From Elusimicrobiota bacterium (GTDB lineage: Bacteria; CAYTYR01; UBA6262), in the NCBI GenBank assembly GCA_003153935.1, contig PMCA01000017.1, positions 72,107-136,106 of the forward strand: DNA of 64,000 nucleotides. Reading direction: 5' to 3'. The notes below the pieces were generated by a model. The model ran no database searches. It had not been told where the DNA came from and saw nothing but the letters and a program-made list of their open reading frames with translations. Position numbers and translations under genes: made by a program. Of the stretch, positions 45,603-55,826 are shown piece after piece (the first letter of the stretch is position 1; each line of letters starts with the position of its first letter).

Positions 45603-46619
45603 ATGATGTTCATAACTTTAAAACCGGGCACAACCAAGCAAGGCGTGGAGCATGTCGTCGAGAAAATAAAAGAACTGGGCTTTACCCCGCACGTGTCCAA
45701 AGGCAAGGAACGGACAGTGATCGGCGTCATCGGGGAAAACGCCATCCTGACCAAGGATACGTTCGAAGCCATGTTCATGGTGGAATCTATCACTCCGATC
45801 ACCAAGCCCTACAAACTGGTAAGCCGGGAATTCAAGAAAGAAAATACGGTGATCAGGATCGGTGACGTGGAGATCGGCGGGGAAGAGCTGGTGGTCATGG
45901 CCGGCCCTTGTTCCGTCGAGGGCAAAGAGCTGCTGATCGACATCGCCCGGAAGGTCAAGAAAGAAGGCGCGACGGTTTTAAGAGGCGGGGCGTTCAAGCC
46001 GCGCACTTCACCCTACAGCTTCCAGGGCTTAGGGGAAAAGGGATTGAAATACCTGGCCGAAGCCAGGAAGCAGACCGGCCTGCTGATCATCACTGAAGTG
46101 ATGGACACCAGGCAGGTGGAGCTGATCGCCAGATACGCCGATATTTTGCAGGTCGGGGCGCGCAATATGCAGAACTTCGACCTGTTAAAGGAAGTCGGCC
46201 AGACCAAGAAACCAGTCATGCTTAAACGCGGCATGTCCTCGACCATTAAAGAACTGTTGATGAGCGCGGAATATATTTTATCGCGTGGTAACTACAATGT
46301 GATGCTGTGCGAGCGGGGCATCAGGACTTTTGAGGATGCCACCCGTTTCACCCTGGACCTGAATGCTATACCGGTGATCAAGGAACTGAGCCACCTGCCG
46401 GTGATCGTTGATCCCAGTCATGGTACTGGCGTGCGGAAATATGTGGCGCCCTTAGCCAAAGCCGCTATAGCCGCCGGAGCCGACGGCTTGATGATCGAGG
46501 TCCACACGGAGCCGGAGAAAGCTTTCAGCGACGGGTCCCAGTCATTATTGCCAAATGAATTCGCCAAAATGATGGCGGAGTTAAAACCGGTAGCCAAAGC
46601 GGTAGGGAAAACTATTTAG
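45603..46619 (+). CDS. 3-deoxy-7-phosphoheptulonate (DAHP) synthase, type I-beta with N-terminal ferredoxin-like regulatory domain
   Basis: KDO8PS/DAHPS I-beta core ([19 protein letters not shown]). An approximately 70-aa N-terminal extension resembles the Thermotoga-type regulatory domain. Confidence 0.85.
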   Translation: MMFITLKPGTTKQGVEHVVEKIKELGFTPHVSKGKERTVIGVIGENAILTKDTFEAMFMVESITPITKPYKLVSREFKKENTVIRIGDVEIGGEELVVMAGPCSVEGKELLIDIARKVKKEGATVLRGGAFKPRTSPYSFQGLGEKGLKYLAEARKQTGLLIITEVMDTRQVELIARYADILQVGARNMQNFDLLKEVGQTKKPVMLKRGMSSTIKELLMSAEYILSRGNYNVMLCERGIRTFEDATRFTLDLNAIPVIKELSHLPVIVDPSHGTGVRKYVAPLAKAAIAAGADGLMIEVHTEPEKAFSDGSQSLLPNEFAKMMAELKPVAKAVGKTI

Positions 46620-46623
46620 GGAC

Positions 46624-46651
46624 CGTTCATCGTTGATCGTTCATCGTTGAT
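46624..46651. repeat. perfect tandem duplication of 14 bp (CGTTCATCGTTGAT x2; four heptamers CGTT[C/G]AT)
   Basis: Read directly from the sequence, between the DAHP synthase stop and the tyrA start. Confidence 0.7.
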
Positions 46652-46666
46652 AGAAAAGGCGAAAAA

Positions 46667-47554
46667 ATGAATAAAATTAAAACCGTAAGTATAATCGGGA
46701 TGGGTTTGATCGGCGGTTCCTTAGGGATGGCCCTGAAGAAGAACCGTACGGTTAAGAAAGTCATCGGTGTCGGTCGCCATCCGGAAAAATTGAAACAGGC
46801 CCTGCGTTTAAAAGCGGCGGACGAGGTCACGACTGATTTTATCGCCGGAGTAAAAGAAGCTGACCTGGTGGTGGTATGCACCCCGGTCGGCCTGATCGCG
46901 CCGACTGTTAAAAGGATACTGCCGGGATTAAAGTCCGGGTGTATCGTTACGGATGTCGGCAGCGTGAAAGCCCCCATTGCCAAAGAAGTCGCTAAAATAC
47001 TGGCGAGGGAAAAAATATACTTTATCGGCGGCCATCCGATGGCCGGCAGCGAACGATCCGGCATCAGTCACGCGCGGCCGCAATTATTCCGGGACGCCGT
47101 CTGGATATTAACTCCGTCGGGTAAAACCCCTGCGCCGGTACTGGCGGAACTGCAGCGGGTGGTCAAAAGCACAGGCGCCAGGGTGCTAAAACTGGACCCG
47201 GGCCGGCATGACCGCATCGTAGCGGCCACCAGCCACTTGCCTCACTTACTGGCCGCGGCGCTGGTGATCCTGGTCGGTCAGCGGGAACAAAAGGAAAAGA
47301 ATACCGCTCACCTGGTCGCCGGCAGTTTCCGGGATATGACCCGGATCGCCTCCTCCAACCCCGAGATCTGGCAGGATATATTCTCCATGAACCGGCAAGA
47401 GATCATGGCTACGATGACGGAATTCCATGAAGTGGTTTCAAAAATATTGCAGTCTCTCCGCACCAACCAGAAACAGGATCTGTTGAAAATGTTTGGACGG
47501 GCGAAAAAGACACGCGATCGGATGTTTACGAAAGATGCAGCAGCTAAGAATTAA
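46667..47554 (+). CDS. tyrA: prephenate dehydrogenase
   Basis: Rossmann GxGxxG motif (IIGMGLIGGSLG) and a TyrA catalytic domain. Confidence 0.85.
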   Translation: MNKIKTVSIIGMGLIGGSLGMALKKNRTVKKVIGVGRHPEKLKQALRLKAADEVTTDFIAGVKEADLVVVCTPVGLIAPTVKRILPGLKSGCIVTDVGSVKAPIAKEVAKILAREKIYFIGGHPMAGSERSGISHARPQLFRDAVWILTPSGKTPAPVLAELQRVVKSTGARVLKLDPGRHDRIVAATSHLPHLLAAALVILVGQREQKEKNTAHLVAGSFRDMTRIASSNPEIWQDIFSMNRQEIMATMTEFHEVVSKILQSLRTNQKQDLLKMFGRAKKTRDRMFTKDAAAKN

Positions 47555-48830
47555 AAGAGCCCAGGCGTTAAAAGGCAGGATCACCGTTCCTGGTGATAAA
47601 TCGATCTCTCATCGCGCTATCATGTTCGGAGCGATCGCCTCCGGGCGGAGCGTCATTCATAATTTGCTGGCAGGCGAAGACTGCCTTAATACCAAAAAAG
47701 CTTTTCAACGGCTCGGGATCAAATTTGCCCGCCGGGGAAAAGCTTTGATCGTTTATGGGCGGGGTTTGCGGGGATTGCGTCCGGCCAAAGCGCCTATCGA
47801 TTGCGGCAATTCCGGCACGACCATGCGCCTGCTCAGCGGTATCCTGGCGGGACAGGAATTCCGCTCGGTTCTGACCGGAGATCAATATTTAAGGCGCCGG
47901 CCCATGAAAAGGATCATCGCGCCCCTGACCCTGATGGGGGCGAAAATAAAGGCGGTCAAGGGTGAATTCGCTCCGCTGATCATAGACGGCGGGGATCTCC
48001 AGGGTATAAGCTATCGTTCTCCTTTGGCCAGCGCCCAGGTTAAATCGTGCGTGCTTCTGGCCGGGCTTTACTCCCAGGGCCGGACCAGCGTGCGCGAGCC
48101 GCAACCGTCGCGCGATCATACCGAACGGATGCTTAAATACCTGGGGGCGCGTCTGCAGACCGGCAAATTGTCTGCCACGGTTACTGGCGGCAGTCGCCTG
48201 AAAGGAAAGAAGATCACCGTTCCCGGCGATATTTCTTCCGCGGCTTTTTTTATCGTCGCGGCCTGCCTGGTCCCGGGATCGAACCTGACTATCACCGGCG
48301 TGGGTATAAACCCTACGCGCAATGGCTTGATACAGGTGTTGAAAAAAATGGGCGCCAGTATCCAGATCAAAAATAAGCGTTTCTTCGGCAATGAACCGGT
48401 GGCGGACCTGAATATAAAATACAGCCGCTTGCGCGGGATCAATGTCCGCGGCCGGATCATTCCCAATATTATAGACGAGATACCGGTTTTAACCGTAGCG
48501 GCGGCGCTGGCTTCCGGCCGCACGGTAATAAGCGAAGCCCGTGAGTTAAGGGTGAAGGAAACCGACCGCATCAGGTCCATGGCGAGCCAATTAGGGAAAA
48601 TGGGAGCGGTGATCAAGGAGAAAGAAGACGGCCTGATAATTGAAGGTATTAAGGAGTTAAAAGGCGCCAAGGTTAATTCCTTTGGCGATCATCGCACCGC
48701 CATGAGCCTGGCTATAGCCGGAATGCTGGCTGACGGCAGTACTACCATCAATGATACATCCTGCATCAATACTTCTTTCCCGGGATTTCTTTCCTTATTA
48801 AACAAATTAACTAAAGGCGACAGGGCATGA
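47535..48830 (+). CDS. aroA: 3-phosphoshikimate 1-carboxyvinyltransferase (EPSP synthase)
   Basis: N-terminus ...ITVPGDKSISHRA..F.A and the LRVKETDRI motif. Internal ATG at 47535 used as start. Confidence 0.9.
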   Translation: MQQLRIKRAQALKGRITVPGDKSISHRAIMFGAIASGRSVIHNLLAGEDCLNTKKAFQRLGIKFARRGKALIVYGRGLRGLRPAKAPIDCGNSGTTMRLLSGILAGQEFRSVLTGDQYLRRRPMKRIIAPLTLMGAKIKAVKGEFAPLIIDGGDLQGISYRSPLASAQVKSCVLLAGLYSQGRTSVREPQPSRDHTERMLKYLGARLQTGKLSATVTGGSRLKGKKITVPGDISSAAFFIVAACLVPGSNLTITGVGINPTRNGLIQVLKKMGASIQIKNKRFFGNEPVADLNIKYSRLRGINVRGRIIPNIIDEIPVLTVAAALASGRTVISEARELRVKETDRIRSMASQLGKMGAVIKEKEDGLIIEGIKELKGAKVNSFGDHRTAMSLAIAGMLADGSTTINDTSCINTSFPGFLSLLNKLTKGDRA

Positions 48831-49492
48831 GCGTAAAATATATCGTAGCCATAGACGGGCCCGCGGGGGCCGGTAAGAGCACCATCGCCAGGATGCTGGC
48901 GAAAAAATTGCGGTATGTTTATATCGATTCCGGGGCCATGTACAGGGCAGTGACCTGGAAAGCCATGAAATCAGGTTATGATCTTAATGATCCGGTTAAG
49001 CTGGTCAGCCTGGCCAGGAATACCATGCTGGAATTCAAAAAATATAAAAACAAGATAACCCTTTTTGCCGACGGTAAAGCGGTCGGCAGGGAGATACGCA
49101 CCACGGAAGTAACGGCCAACATCTGTCACCTGGCGGATAACGGCGGGGTGCGGAAGGTCATGGTCAAGCGTCAGCAGCAAACAGCGCAGGGCGGCGGCAT
49201 TGTGATGGAAGGCCGGGATATCGGCACCAAAGTATTTCCCCGGGCGGAATTCAAGTTCTTTCTGGACGCCAGCGTGGACGAGCGGGCCCGGCGGCGTTAC
49301 CGGGAATACCAGGAACGCGGAGTCAAGGTTAACCTAAGCGATATCCGCCGAGATATCATGACCCGTGACAGGAAAGACAAGACCCGCGCGGTCAGTCCCT
49401 TGCGCCAAGCCGCTGACGCGGTGGTGATCGATTCCAGCCGCTTAACACCGCGGCAAGTAGTGGACGCCATGCTTAAAGTCATCAGGAAATAG
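48827..49492 (+). CDS. cmk: cytidylate kinase
   Basis: P-loop IAIDGPAGAGKST and a CMP-binding region. ATGA overlap with aroA. Confidence 0.9.
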   Translation: MSVKYIVAIDGPAGAGKSTIARMLAKKLRYVYIDSGAMYRAVTWKAMKSGYDLNDPVKLVSLARNTMLEFKKYKNKITLFADGKAVGREIRTTEVTANICHLADNGGVRKVMVKRQQQTAQGGGIVMEGRDIGTKVFPRAEFKFFLDASVDERARRRYREYQERGVKVNLSDIRRDIMTRDRKDKTRAVSPLRQAADAVVIDSSRLTPRQVVDAMLKVIRK

Positions 49493-49504
49493 GAAGGGTA
49501 TCCT

Positions 49505-50131
49505 TTGCTATATTATTTCGGCAGGTTTTTATTCTGGTTAGTTTTTAAGTTTGTTTTCCGTCTGAAAGTATCAGGAGGGGATAATATTCCGTCAGCCGGG
49601 CCGGCCCTGGTCTGCGCCAATCACCAGAGTTTTATCGATCCTCCGGTCGTAGGCGCCGCTATGAGAAGGCCGATTCACTTTATGGCCAGGCATGACCTGT
49701 TCACCGTCCCGGTACTGGGTTGGCTGATCGCCAGGACCAACGCTTTTCCGGTGAAAAGAACCGGCGCCGGAGATACCGCGGCTTTTAAGAATGTGTTCCG
49801 CTTATTGGAAAAGGGAGAGCTATTGCTGCTGTTCCCGGAAGGGACCCGCAGCCGGGATGGAAATTTGCAAAAGCCATCGGCAGGCGCGGGGCTGATCGCT
49901 TACCAGGCCCGGGTTCCCGTGATACCTTGTTACGTGTCCGGATCCCGTGATATCCTCCCGCGGGGCAGCAAGTTCATTAAATTACATCCTCTGAAAGTAT
50001 ATTTTGGCCCGCCGGTTGACCTGGACGCTTGTTACGGGCGTGAAAAAAATAAAGAGTTGTATCAGGAGATCAGCGCCCGGATAATGGCCGGTATCGCGGA
50101 GTTAAAGGAAAAAGCTACCCATGAAAATTAA
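49505..50131 (+). CDS. plsC: 1-acyl-sn-glycerol-3-phosphate acyltransferase
   Basis: Acyltransferase HX4D motif (NHQSFIDP) and FPEGTRS motif. Confidence 0.75.
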   Translation: MLYYFGRFLFWLVFKFVFRLKVSGGDNIPSAGPALVCANHQSFIDPPVVGAAMRRPIHFMARHDLFTVPVLGWLIARTNAFPVKRTGAGDTAAFKNVFRLLEKGELLLLFPEGTRSRDGNLQKPSAGAGLIAYQARVPVIPCYVSGSRDILPRGSKFIKLHPLKVYFGPPVDLDACYGREKNKELYQEISARIMAGIAELKEKATHEN

Positions 50132-50966
50132 GCTGGCCAAACATGCCGGATTTTGTTTCGGCGTAAAACGGGCCGTAAACCTGGCTCTGTCTACCGTGCA
50201 GAAGAATGGCCACAAGAATATTTATACCCTGGGACCGCTGATCCATAATCCCCAGGTTATCCAGGAATTGGAAGGCAAGGGCATACGGAACGTGGCGCCC
50301 GACGCCCGGGTAAAGTCCGGGATCGTCCTGGTATGTTCCCATGGCATGCATCCTGATATTCTGGCCGGGTTGCGGTGCAAAAAGATCAAGGTGGTTGACG
50401 CCACTTGCCCTTTTGTCAAAAAAATTGAGAATATAGTGCTGAAACTGAAAAAGGAAAAGATCCCCATCATCATCGTGGGCGATAAAGATCATCCCGAGGT
50501 TAAGGCTATAACCGGTTACGCCGGCCGCCTGTCCCGGGTGATCGAGAGCGCGGATGAAGCCCGACGCTTGCCGCGTTTCCGCAAGATCGGGGTAGTAGCG
50601 CAGACCACGCAGTCAGAGGAGAAATTTGCGCTGATTTGCCGGATCCTTAAAGCCAAGGCGGATGAGGCCAGGATCTTCAATACCATTTGCGATGCTACCA
50701 AGAAACGCCAGCAGGAAGCTTTAAAAGTGGCCAGACAAGTAGAGAAAATAGTGGTCGTGGGCGGTTATAACAGCGCTAATACCAAACGGTTGGTAAATTT
50801 ATGCCGGGAACTGGGTAAACCCACTCTGCATATAGAAGAAGCCGGGGAATTGCCGGGAAGATTCTTTCACGGCGTAAACAAAGTCGGCGTGTTGGCGGGG
50901 GCGTCTACGCCTGACTGGATCATTAACGAAGTGATCGCTAAAATAAAAACAATGGAGGAAGAATAG
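50121..50966 (+). CDS. ispH: 4-hydroxy-3-methylbut-2-enyl diphosphate reductase
   Basis: IspH signatures (GFCFGVKRAV, HNPQV) and the conserved cmk-plsC-ispH-rpsA neighbourhood. Confidence 0.9.
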   Translation: MKIKLAKHAGFCFGVKRAVNLALSTVQKNGHKNIYTLGPLIHNPQVIQELEGKGIRNVAPDARVKSGIVLVCSHGMHPDILAGLRCKKIKVVDATCPFVKKIENIVLKLKKEKIPIIIVGDKDHPEVKAITGYAGRLSRVIESADEARRLPRFRKIGVVAQTTQSEEKFALICRILKAKADEARIFNTICDATKKRQQEALKVARQVEKIVVVGGYNSANTKRLVNLCRELGKPTLHIEEAGELPGRFFHGVNKVGVLAGASTPDWIINEVIAKIKTMEEE

Positions 50967-50971
50967 GCCCT

Positions 50972-52636
50972 ATGGAAATGCCGAATGAATGGATGCAGGA
51001 AGCTCTGAGCGCGGAGGAAAACTATCGGGAAGGAGAAATTATCACCGGCAAAGTCGTCGGCGTTAATGACGAAGGCCTGATAGTGGACATCGGGTTAAAG
51101 AGCGAAGGTCTGATACCGGTTACGGATTTTGATAAAGACGAGCAGGACTTTAAAGTAGGCGACACCATGGAAGTTCTGCTGCTCAAGAAGGAGTCTAAAT
51201 CGGGTCAGGTGCTGCTATCCTACCAGCGGGCCAGGGAAGTCAGGGCCTGGGATAAACTGGATAATTCTTTTAAGCAAGGCGATATCATCGACGGGGTGAT
51301 CACCAGGAAAGTAAAAGCCGGAGTCAATGTGGAAATTTTCCAGCAGGAAGTTTTCATGCCCGCCAGCCAGATAGGCCTATCGTTCGTCAAAGACCTGGAT
51401 TCCCTGTTAGGGCAACCGGTGCGGGTGAAAGTGATCCGTTGCGAACGTTCGGAACGCAATGTCGTGGTTTCGCAACGCGCGGTCCTGGAAGAGGAATTGA
51501 AAAAGCATAAAGAAAAATTATGGGCGGAGATCAAGGAAGGCGAAACCCGGACCGGCGTGGTTAAGAATATAGTCGACTTTGGCGCTTTCGTGGACCTGGG
51601 CGGCAGCGAGGGCCTGTTGCATATTAACGATATCAGCTGGGGTAAGGTTAAGAAGGTCAGCGATTTCCTGAAAACCGGTGAAGAGATCGACGTGAAGATT
51701 CTGCAACTGGACCGGATCAATGAGAAGATCTCGCTGGGTCTGAAACAGCTGACCGCTGACCCCTGGTCAACTGTGAAGCAGAAATACGGCGTGGATACCG
51801 TGATCAGCGGCAAAGTAATATCCCTGGCGGATTTCGGCGCTTTCGTTGAACTGGAAGAAGGAGTCGAAGGACTGATCCATATTTCCGAGATGTCCTGGGT
51901 GGAATATGTCAAACACCCCAGCAAAATATTAAAAGTTGGGGATATGGTGCAGGCCAAAGTTCTGGGCCTGGACGAAGAAAAGCGCAAAATATCCCTGGGC
52001 CTTAAACAGGTTCAGCCGAATCCCTGGGAAAGCGCGGCGCAGACTTATAAACCGGGAACGAAAGTTTCCGGCGTGGTTTCGCACCTGGCCCCGTTCGGCG
52101 CGTTTGTCCGGATGGCGGACGGTATTGAGGGCCTGATCCATGTCAGCGACCTGTCCTGGCAGGAAAAAATAAGCAATCCCAGCAAGGTCCTCAAGGTCAA
52201 CGATAAAGTTGAGACAGTGGTGTTGAAAGTCGAGCCTAAAGAAGAAAAATTGTCGCTGGGCTTCAAACAATTACAGCAGAATCCCGTCGCCGGCTACCGG
52301 ATCGGCGACAGCGTGGAAGTCGAAGTGACTGAAGTGGTGGACCAGGGCGCGGTAGTGGCGGTTTCCCCGCAAGTCAGGGGCTTTATCCACGTCTCGCAGA
52401 TAACCAACGATTTTATCGAGAACCCGCATAGTCTGTTAAAACCCGGGCAGAAAATAACCGCGAAGATCGTCAAGATCGACGAGGATGAAGGCCGGCTGGG
52501 TTTAAGCGTCAAGGAATATAATAAAGATATCCGTAAACAAACGGTGGCGAAATACGCCAAGTCCGCGGAGCAGAAAGTAACCCTGGGTGACGTGATGGGA
52601 GAACAACTCTCCAAATTCCTGGCCAAAAAGGATTAA
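50972..52636 (+). CDS. rpsA: 30S ribosomal protein S1
   Basis: Six tandem S1 domains (repeated ...G.V..I.DFGAFV.L..G.EGL.HIS...W motif). Confidence 0.9.
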   Translation: MEMPNEWMQEALSAEENYREGEIITGKVVGVNDEGLIVDIGLKSEGLIPVTDFDKDEQDFKVGDTMEVLLLKKESKSGQVLLSYQRAREVRAWDKLDNSFKQGDIIDGVITRKVKAGVNVEIFQQEVFMPASQIGLSFVKDLDSLLGQPVRVKVIRCERSERNVVVSQRAVLEEELKKHKEKLWAEIKEGETRTGVVKNIVDFGAFVDLGGSEGLLHINDISWGKVKKVSDFLKTGEEIDVKILQLDRINEKISLGLKQLTADPWSTVKQKYGVDTVISGKVISLADFGAFVELEEGVEGLIHISEMSWVEYVKHPSKILKVGDMVQAKVLGLDEEKRKISLGLKQVQPNPWESAAQTYKPGTKVSGVVSHLAPFGAFVRMADGIEGLIHVSDLSWQEKISNPSKVLKVNDKVETVVLKVEPKEEKLSLGFKQLQQNPVAGYRIGDSVEVEVTEVVDQGAVVAVSPQVRGFIHVSQITNDFIENPHSLLKPGQKITAKIVKIDEDEGRLGLSVKEYNKDIRKQTVAKYAKSAEQKVTLGDVMGEQLSKFLAKKD

Positions 52637-52644
52637 CCGGCCTG

Positions 52645-55470
52645 ATGCGCAAAGCCGTACTGATCTTCATTATACTTGGGATTATTATGGCCGGCGCCGC
52701 ATCCGTCCAGGCGCAGGGTTTTGGCCAGAATAAAGTTATCGTCAGGGATTTCCCCTGGCAAGTCATCGAGACGCCGCATTTCCGCGTCTATTATTATCTC
52801 CAGGACCAGGCTCAGGTAGAGAAAGTGGTCCGTATCCTGGAGAACGGTTACCAGCGCATCAGTCGCGACCTGAACGTGGAACCGGAAGAAAAAATACCCT
52901 TTGTCCTATTTGACACGCACAACGAGTTTGAGCAGAATAATATCGGTGACGTGGGGGAAGGGGTGGGGGGCTTTACCGAACTCTTCAAAAACCGCTTCGT
53001 CGTTCCCCTGGAAAGCAGCGAGAAGGAACTCACCCATGTGATCGAGCACGAAATGACTCACGCCCTGACCTTCGAGCTCTTTTACGGCGGACATTTCTGG
53101 CGTTCAATCTACTTGGTAAAAAGCATATTTTACCCGCTCTGGTTCATGGAGGGCCTGGCCGAATACGAATCAGCGCCCTACGATATTACCGACGAAATGC
53201 TCCTGCGCGACGCCATTATCAACAACGGCCTGATCCCCCTGCACAAGTTACTAAGTTTCAGCCATCTGCAATCCAACCAGGTGGTGCTGGCCTATAAAGA
53301 AGGACAGAGCGCCTTGCGTTACGTGGCGGATAGGTACGGCTCGCAAAAAGTCGTAGATATCCTCTACCTGATGAAGGATTCTTACGAAGTTTCCGGCGTG
53401 CTTAATACTGCCCTGAAGAAAGATATTTTCAAGTTCGACAAGGAGTGGGAAGCCTACCTGAGAACCAAATATGGGAAACAGGTGGAAGGCAAAAAGAAGG
53501 TCACCGACTACGGCCGCCAGGTCACCGATCTGGGCTACACTAATTCCCGCGGCCAGTTCTCGCCCGACGGCAAGAATATTATCTTCCTGTCCGATCGCCG
53601 TAAATTCTACGAGTTGTATATCTCTCGCAGCGATGGGTCGGAGCCACAGCCGCTGTTGGGCTGGTTCGACCGCCGCAAGTTTGACGTCATCAATCCTGCA
53701 AACAATACCTTCTCATTTTCCCGTGATTCCCAGAATATAGTTTTTGTGGCGGAGCGCCTGCAAAAGGATTACTTGTACGTATTTAACCTGCCAAGCCACC
53801 GGTTGAAAAGGATCAAAGTTAACCTGGATTCTTTGGTCTCCCCGGGTTTCTCGCCGGATGGCCGGCAGATCATTTTCAGCGGCGTAAAAGACGGTGTCAG
53901 CGACCTGTATTTGATAGACTTGGACGGCCGCAATTTGCAGAAAATTACTGACGATCCCTATGATGATTCCTATGCGGTATTTTCACCCGATGGCACCCAG
54001 ATCGCTTATGTCAGCGAGCGGGATAAAGTCAGGCACATTTATTTGATGGACTGGCCTAGCCGGGCAACCCGCCGTTTGACCCAGGACGAGCCCGAAGAGA
54101 TCGCGCCGGACTTTACCGGACCGGGGTCAACCATCTCGTACATCGCCGCGGGTGGCGGGATATATAACCTTTACCAATACGATCCGGCGTCGGGACAAAA
54201 AAGGCAGCTTACCGACGTTAATACCGGCATTTTGCACGCTAGTATATCGCCAATCTCGGGTGATTGGCTATTAAGCGGTTATAACGCGGGTTTGACTAAT
54301 CTTTTCCTCCAATCGCACCCTACAGTCAGCGCCCCGATACAGGCCATGGACCAATCCTCTTACTCCGTGATCACCAGTTCCATGACCATCACCGTCAGCT
54401 CTACCACCGTGCCGACCGCCGATCTGATCCTGAAAAAATATAAATATCGTTTAACCGGGTCCACCGACTATTTCTTGCCTTTATTCATGGTCTATGCGGG
54501 GTCGGAAGGGGCCGGGGTGGCGGGCGCATTTTACTGGCAGTTCAGCGATATGCTGGGTAATCACACCCTGGCCACCGCTGCCACCTATTCCAGCGACGAC
54601 AATTATCTTAACTACGGAGCCAGTTACACCTACGCCCGCTGGCGGCCGCAATTCTCTTTCAGCGCGGGCGGGGCCACTGGTTATCAACTGAATAGCGACG
54701 GTGAATTGGAGCGCGTCCGGCAGTACCAGGAGAGCTTTTTTGTTACTTACCCTTTGGACCGTTATCACCGCCTGGAAACCGGGCTGGCTAACGTAGATGA
54801 AATGATCCGCAACCGTGACCGGAATAATATAACCAAACATGACCGCGCTAATGAAGTTTTCGCCTCGTTCACCCGCGATTACACCAGCGGTGAATTATTT
54901 GATATTAATGACGGTCATCGTCTAAGTTTATCGGCCACTTTGGGCCGGAATCTGTTCGGCGGCGACGAGAAATATGATACCTACCAATTTGACTGGCAGA
55001 CATACTGGACCTACTGGGAGCGCAACGTGATCCTGGCGACACGCCTGATCGGGGTTGATTCCAATGGCCGTGATTTCCAGGAGTTTAGCCTGGGTAACCG
55101 CGATAACTTACGCGGCTATAGCGACGACGATTACCTGAATGGCCGGATCATCGGTCTGGGCAACCTGGAAACCAGGTTTTATTTGTTTCGCAATATAGAT
55201 TATGACGTCTGGTTCATGTTGCCTGACCTTTATTTTAAGAGCCTGCAATTCGCGGTTTTTACCGACAATGGCCTGGTCGGAAGTTCCTGGACCGGGTTCG
55301 CTGATCAGGCGAAAAGCGCCCGCAATTTGCGTAATAGCATCGGCGCCGGTTTCCGCCTGAATTCCTTGATCCAGCAGCAATTCGCCCTGATCCTCAGGCT
55401 CGATTACGCTAAACGCACCGACGTACAGTCAGACGGCGTCTGGTACTTTAATTTAGGCGCCAGTTTCTAG
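52645..55470 (+). CDS. large outer-membrane protein: signal peptide - gluzincin-like (HExxH ... EGLAEY) domain - TolB-like PD40 beta-propeller - C-terminal Omp85-superfamily beta-barrel
   Basis: HEMTHAL ... WFMEGLAEYES (Peptidase_MA-like). Repeated FSPDG...Y motifs (four or more PD40 blades). C-terminal barrel with the Omp85 L6-loop motif NLRGY and a terminal ...NLGASF (aromatic last residue). Confidence 0.6.
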   Translation: MRKAVLIFIILGIIMAGAASVQAQGFGQNKVIVRDFPWQVIETPHFRVYYYLQDQAQVEKVVRILENGYQRISRDLNVEPEEKIPFVLFDTHNEFEQNNIGDVGEGVGGFTELFKNRFVVPLESSEKELTHVIEHEMTHALTFELFYGGHFWRSIYLVKSIFYPLWFMEGLAEYESAPYDITDEMLLRDAIINNGLIPLHKLLSFSHLQSNQVVLAYKEGQSALRYVADRYGSQKVVDILYLMKDSYEVSGVLNTALKKDIFKFDKEWEAYLRTKYGKQVEGKKKVTDYGRQVTDLGYTNSRGQFSPDGKNIIFLSDRRKFYELYISRSDGSEPQPLLGWFDRRKFDVINPANNTFSFSRDSQNIVFVAERLQKDYLYVFNLPSHRLKRIKVNLDSLVSPGFSPDGRQIIFSGVKDGVSDLYLIDLDGRNLQKITDDPYDDSYAVFSPDGTQIAYVSERDKVRHIYLMDWPSRATRRLTQDEPEEIAPDFTGPGSTISYIAAGGGIYNLYQYDPASGQKRQLTDVNTGILHASISPISGDWLLSGYNAGLTNLFLQSHPTVSAPIQAMDQSSYSVITSSMTITVSSTTVPTADLILKKYKYRLTGSTDYFLPLFMVYAGSEGAGVAGAFYWQFSDMLGNHTLATAATYSSDDNYLNYGASYTYARWRPQFSFSAGGATGYQLNSDGELERVRQYQESFFVTYPLDRYHRLETGLANVDEMIRNRDRNNITKHDRANEVFASFTRDYTSGELFDINDGHRLSLSATLGRNLFGGDEKYDTYQFDWQTYWTYWERNVILATRLIGVDSNGRDFQEFSLGNRDNLRGYSDDDYLNGRIIGLGNLETRFYLFRNIDYDVWFMLPDLYFKSLQFAVFTDNGLVGSSWTGFADQAKSARNLRNSIGAGFRLNSLIQQQFALILRLDYAKRTDVQSDGVWYFNLGASF

Positions 55471-55498
55471 ATACAGCAGTTGTAAATTCAAATTTGAG

Positions 55499-55536
55499 TA
55501 GGGGAAGGGGGTAGCAATGTCCCCTTCTTTTTTATT
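55499..55536 (+). terminator. rho-independent terminator after the 941-aa OMP gene
   Basis: GGGGAAGGGGG-loop-CCCCTTC followed by TTTTTTATT. Confidence 0.75.
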
Positions 55537-55826
55537 AGCCATTTTTCTCTGCTTTAGCAGTTTTTAACCCATCTTTTACCAGGCTTGGTTCCCTTTGTGT
55601 GCCAGTCTCCGCTGGTTAGCTTTTTCATGCCCGTTTCCTGTCCTTTTTCTTGCCTGCCTTAAATTCTTCCAAAAATTATAGATTGAATTATGTTTACTTT
55701 GGGTATTTTCGGGCTAGTTTGTTCCTGCCGGCCTGGCTTGGACCCATCTGACCTGGTTTAGATCGCTGTTTTCTCGTCGAGAAAGGGCGCAAAAAGGCGA
55801 TTTTAGGCCCTTAAAATTATCCGGCA

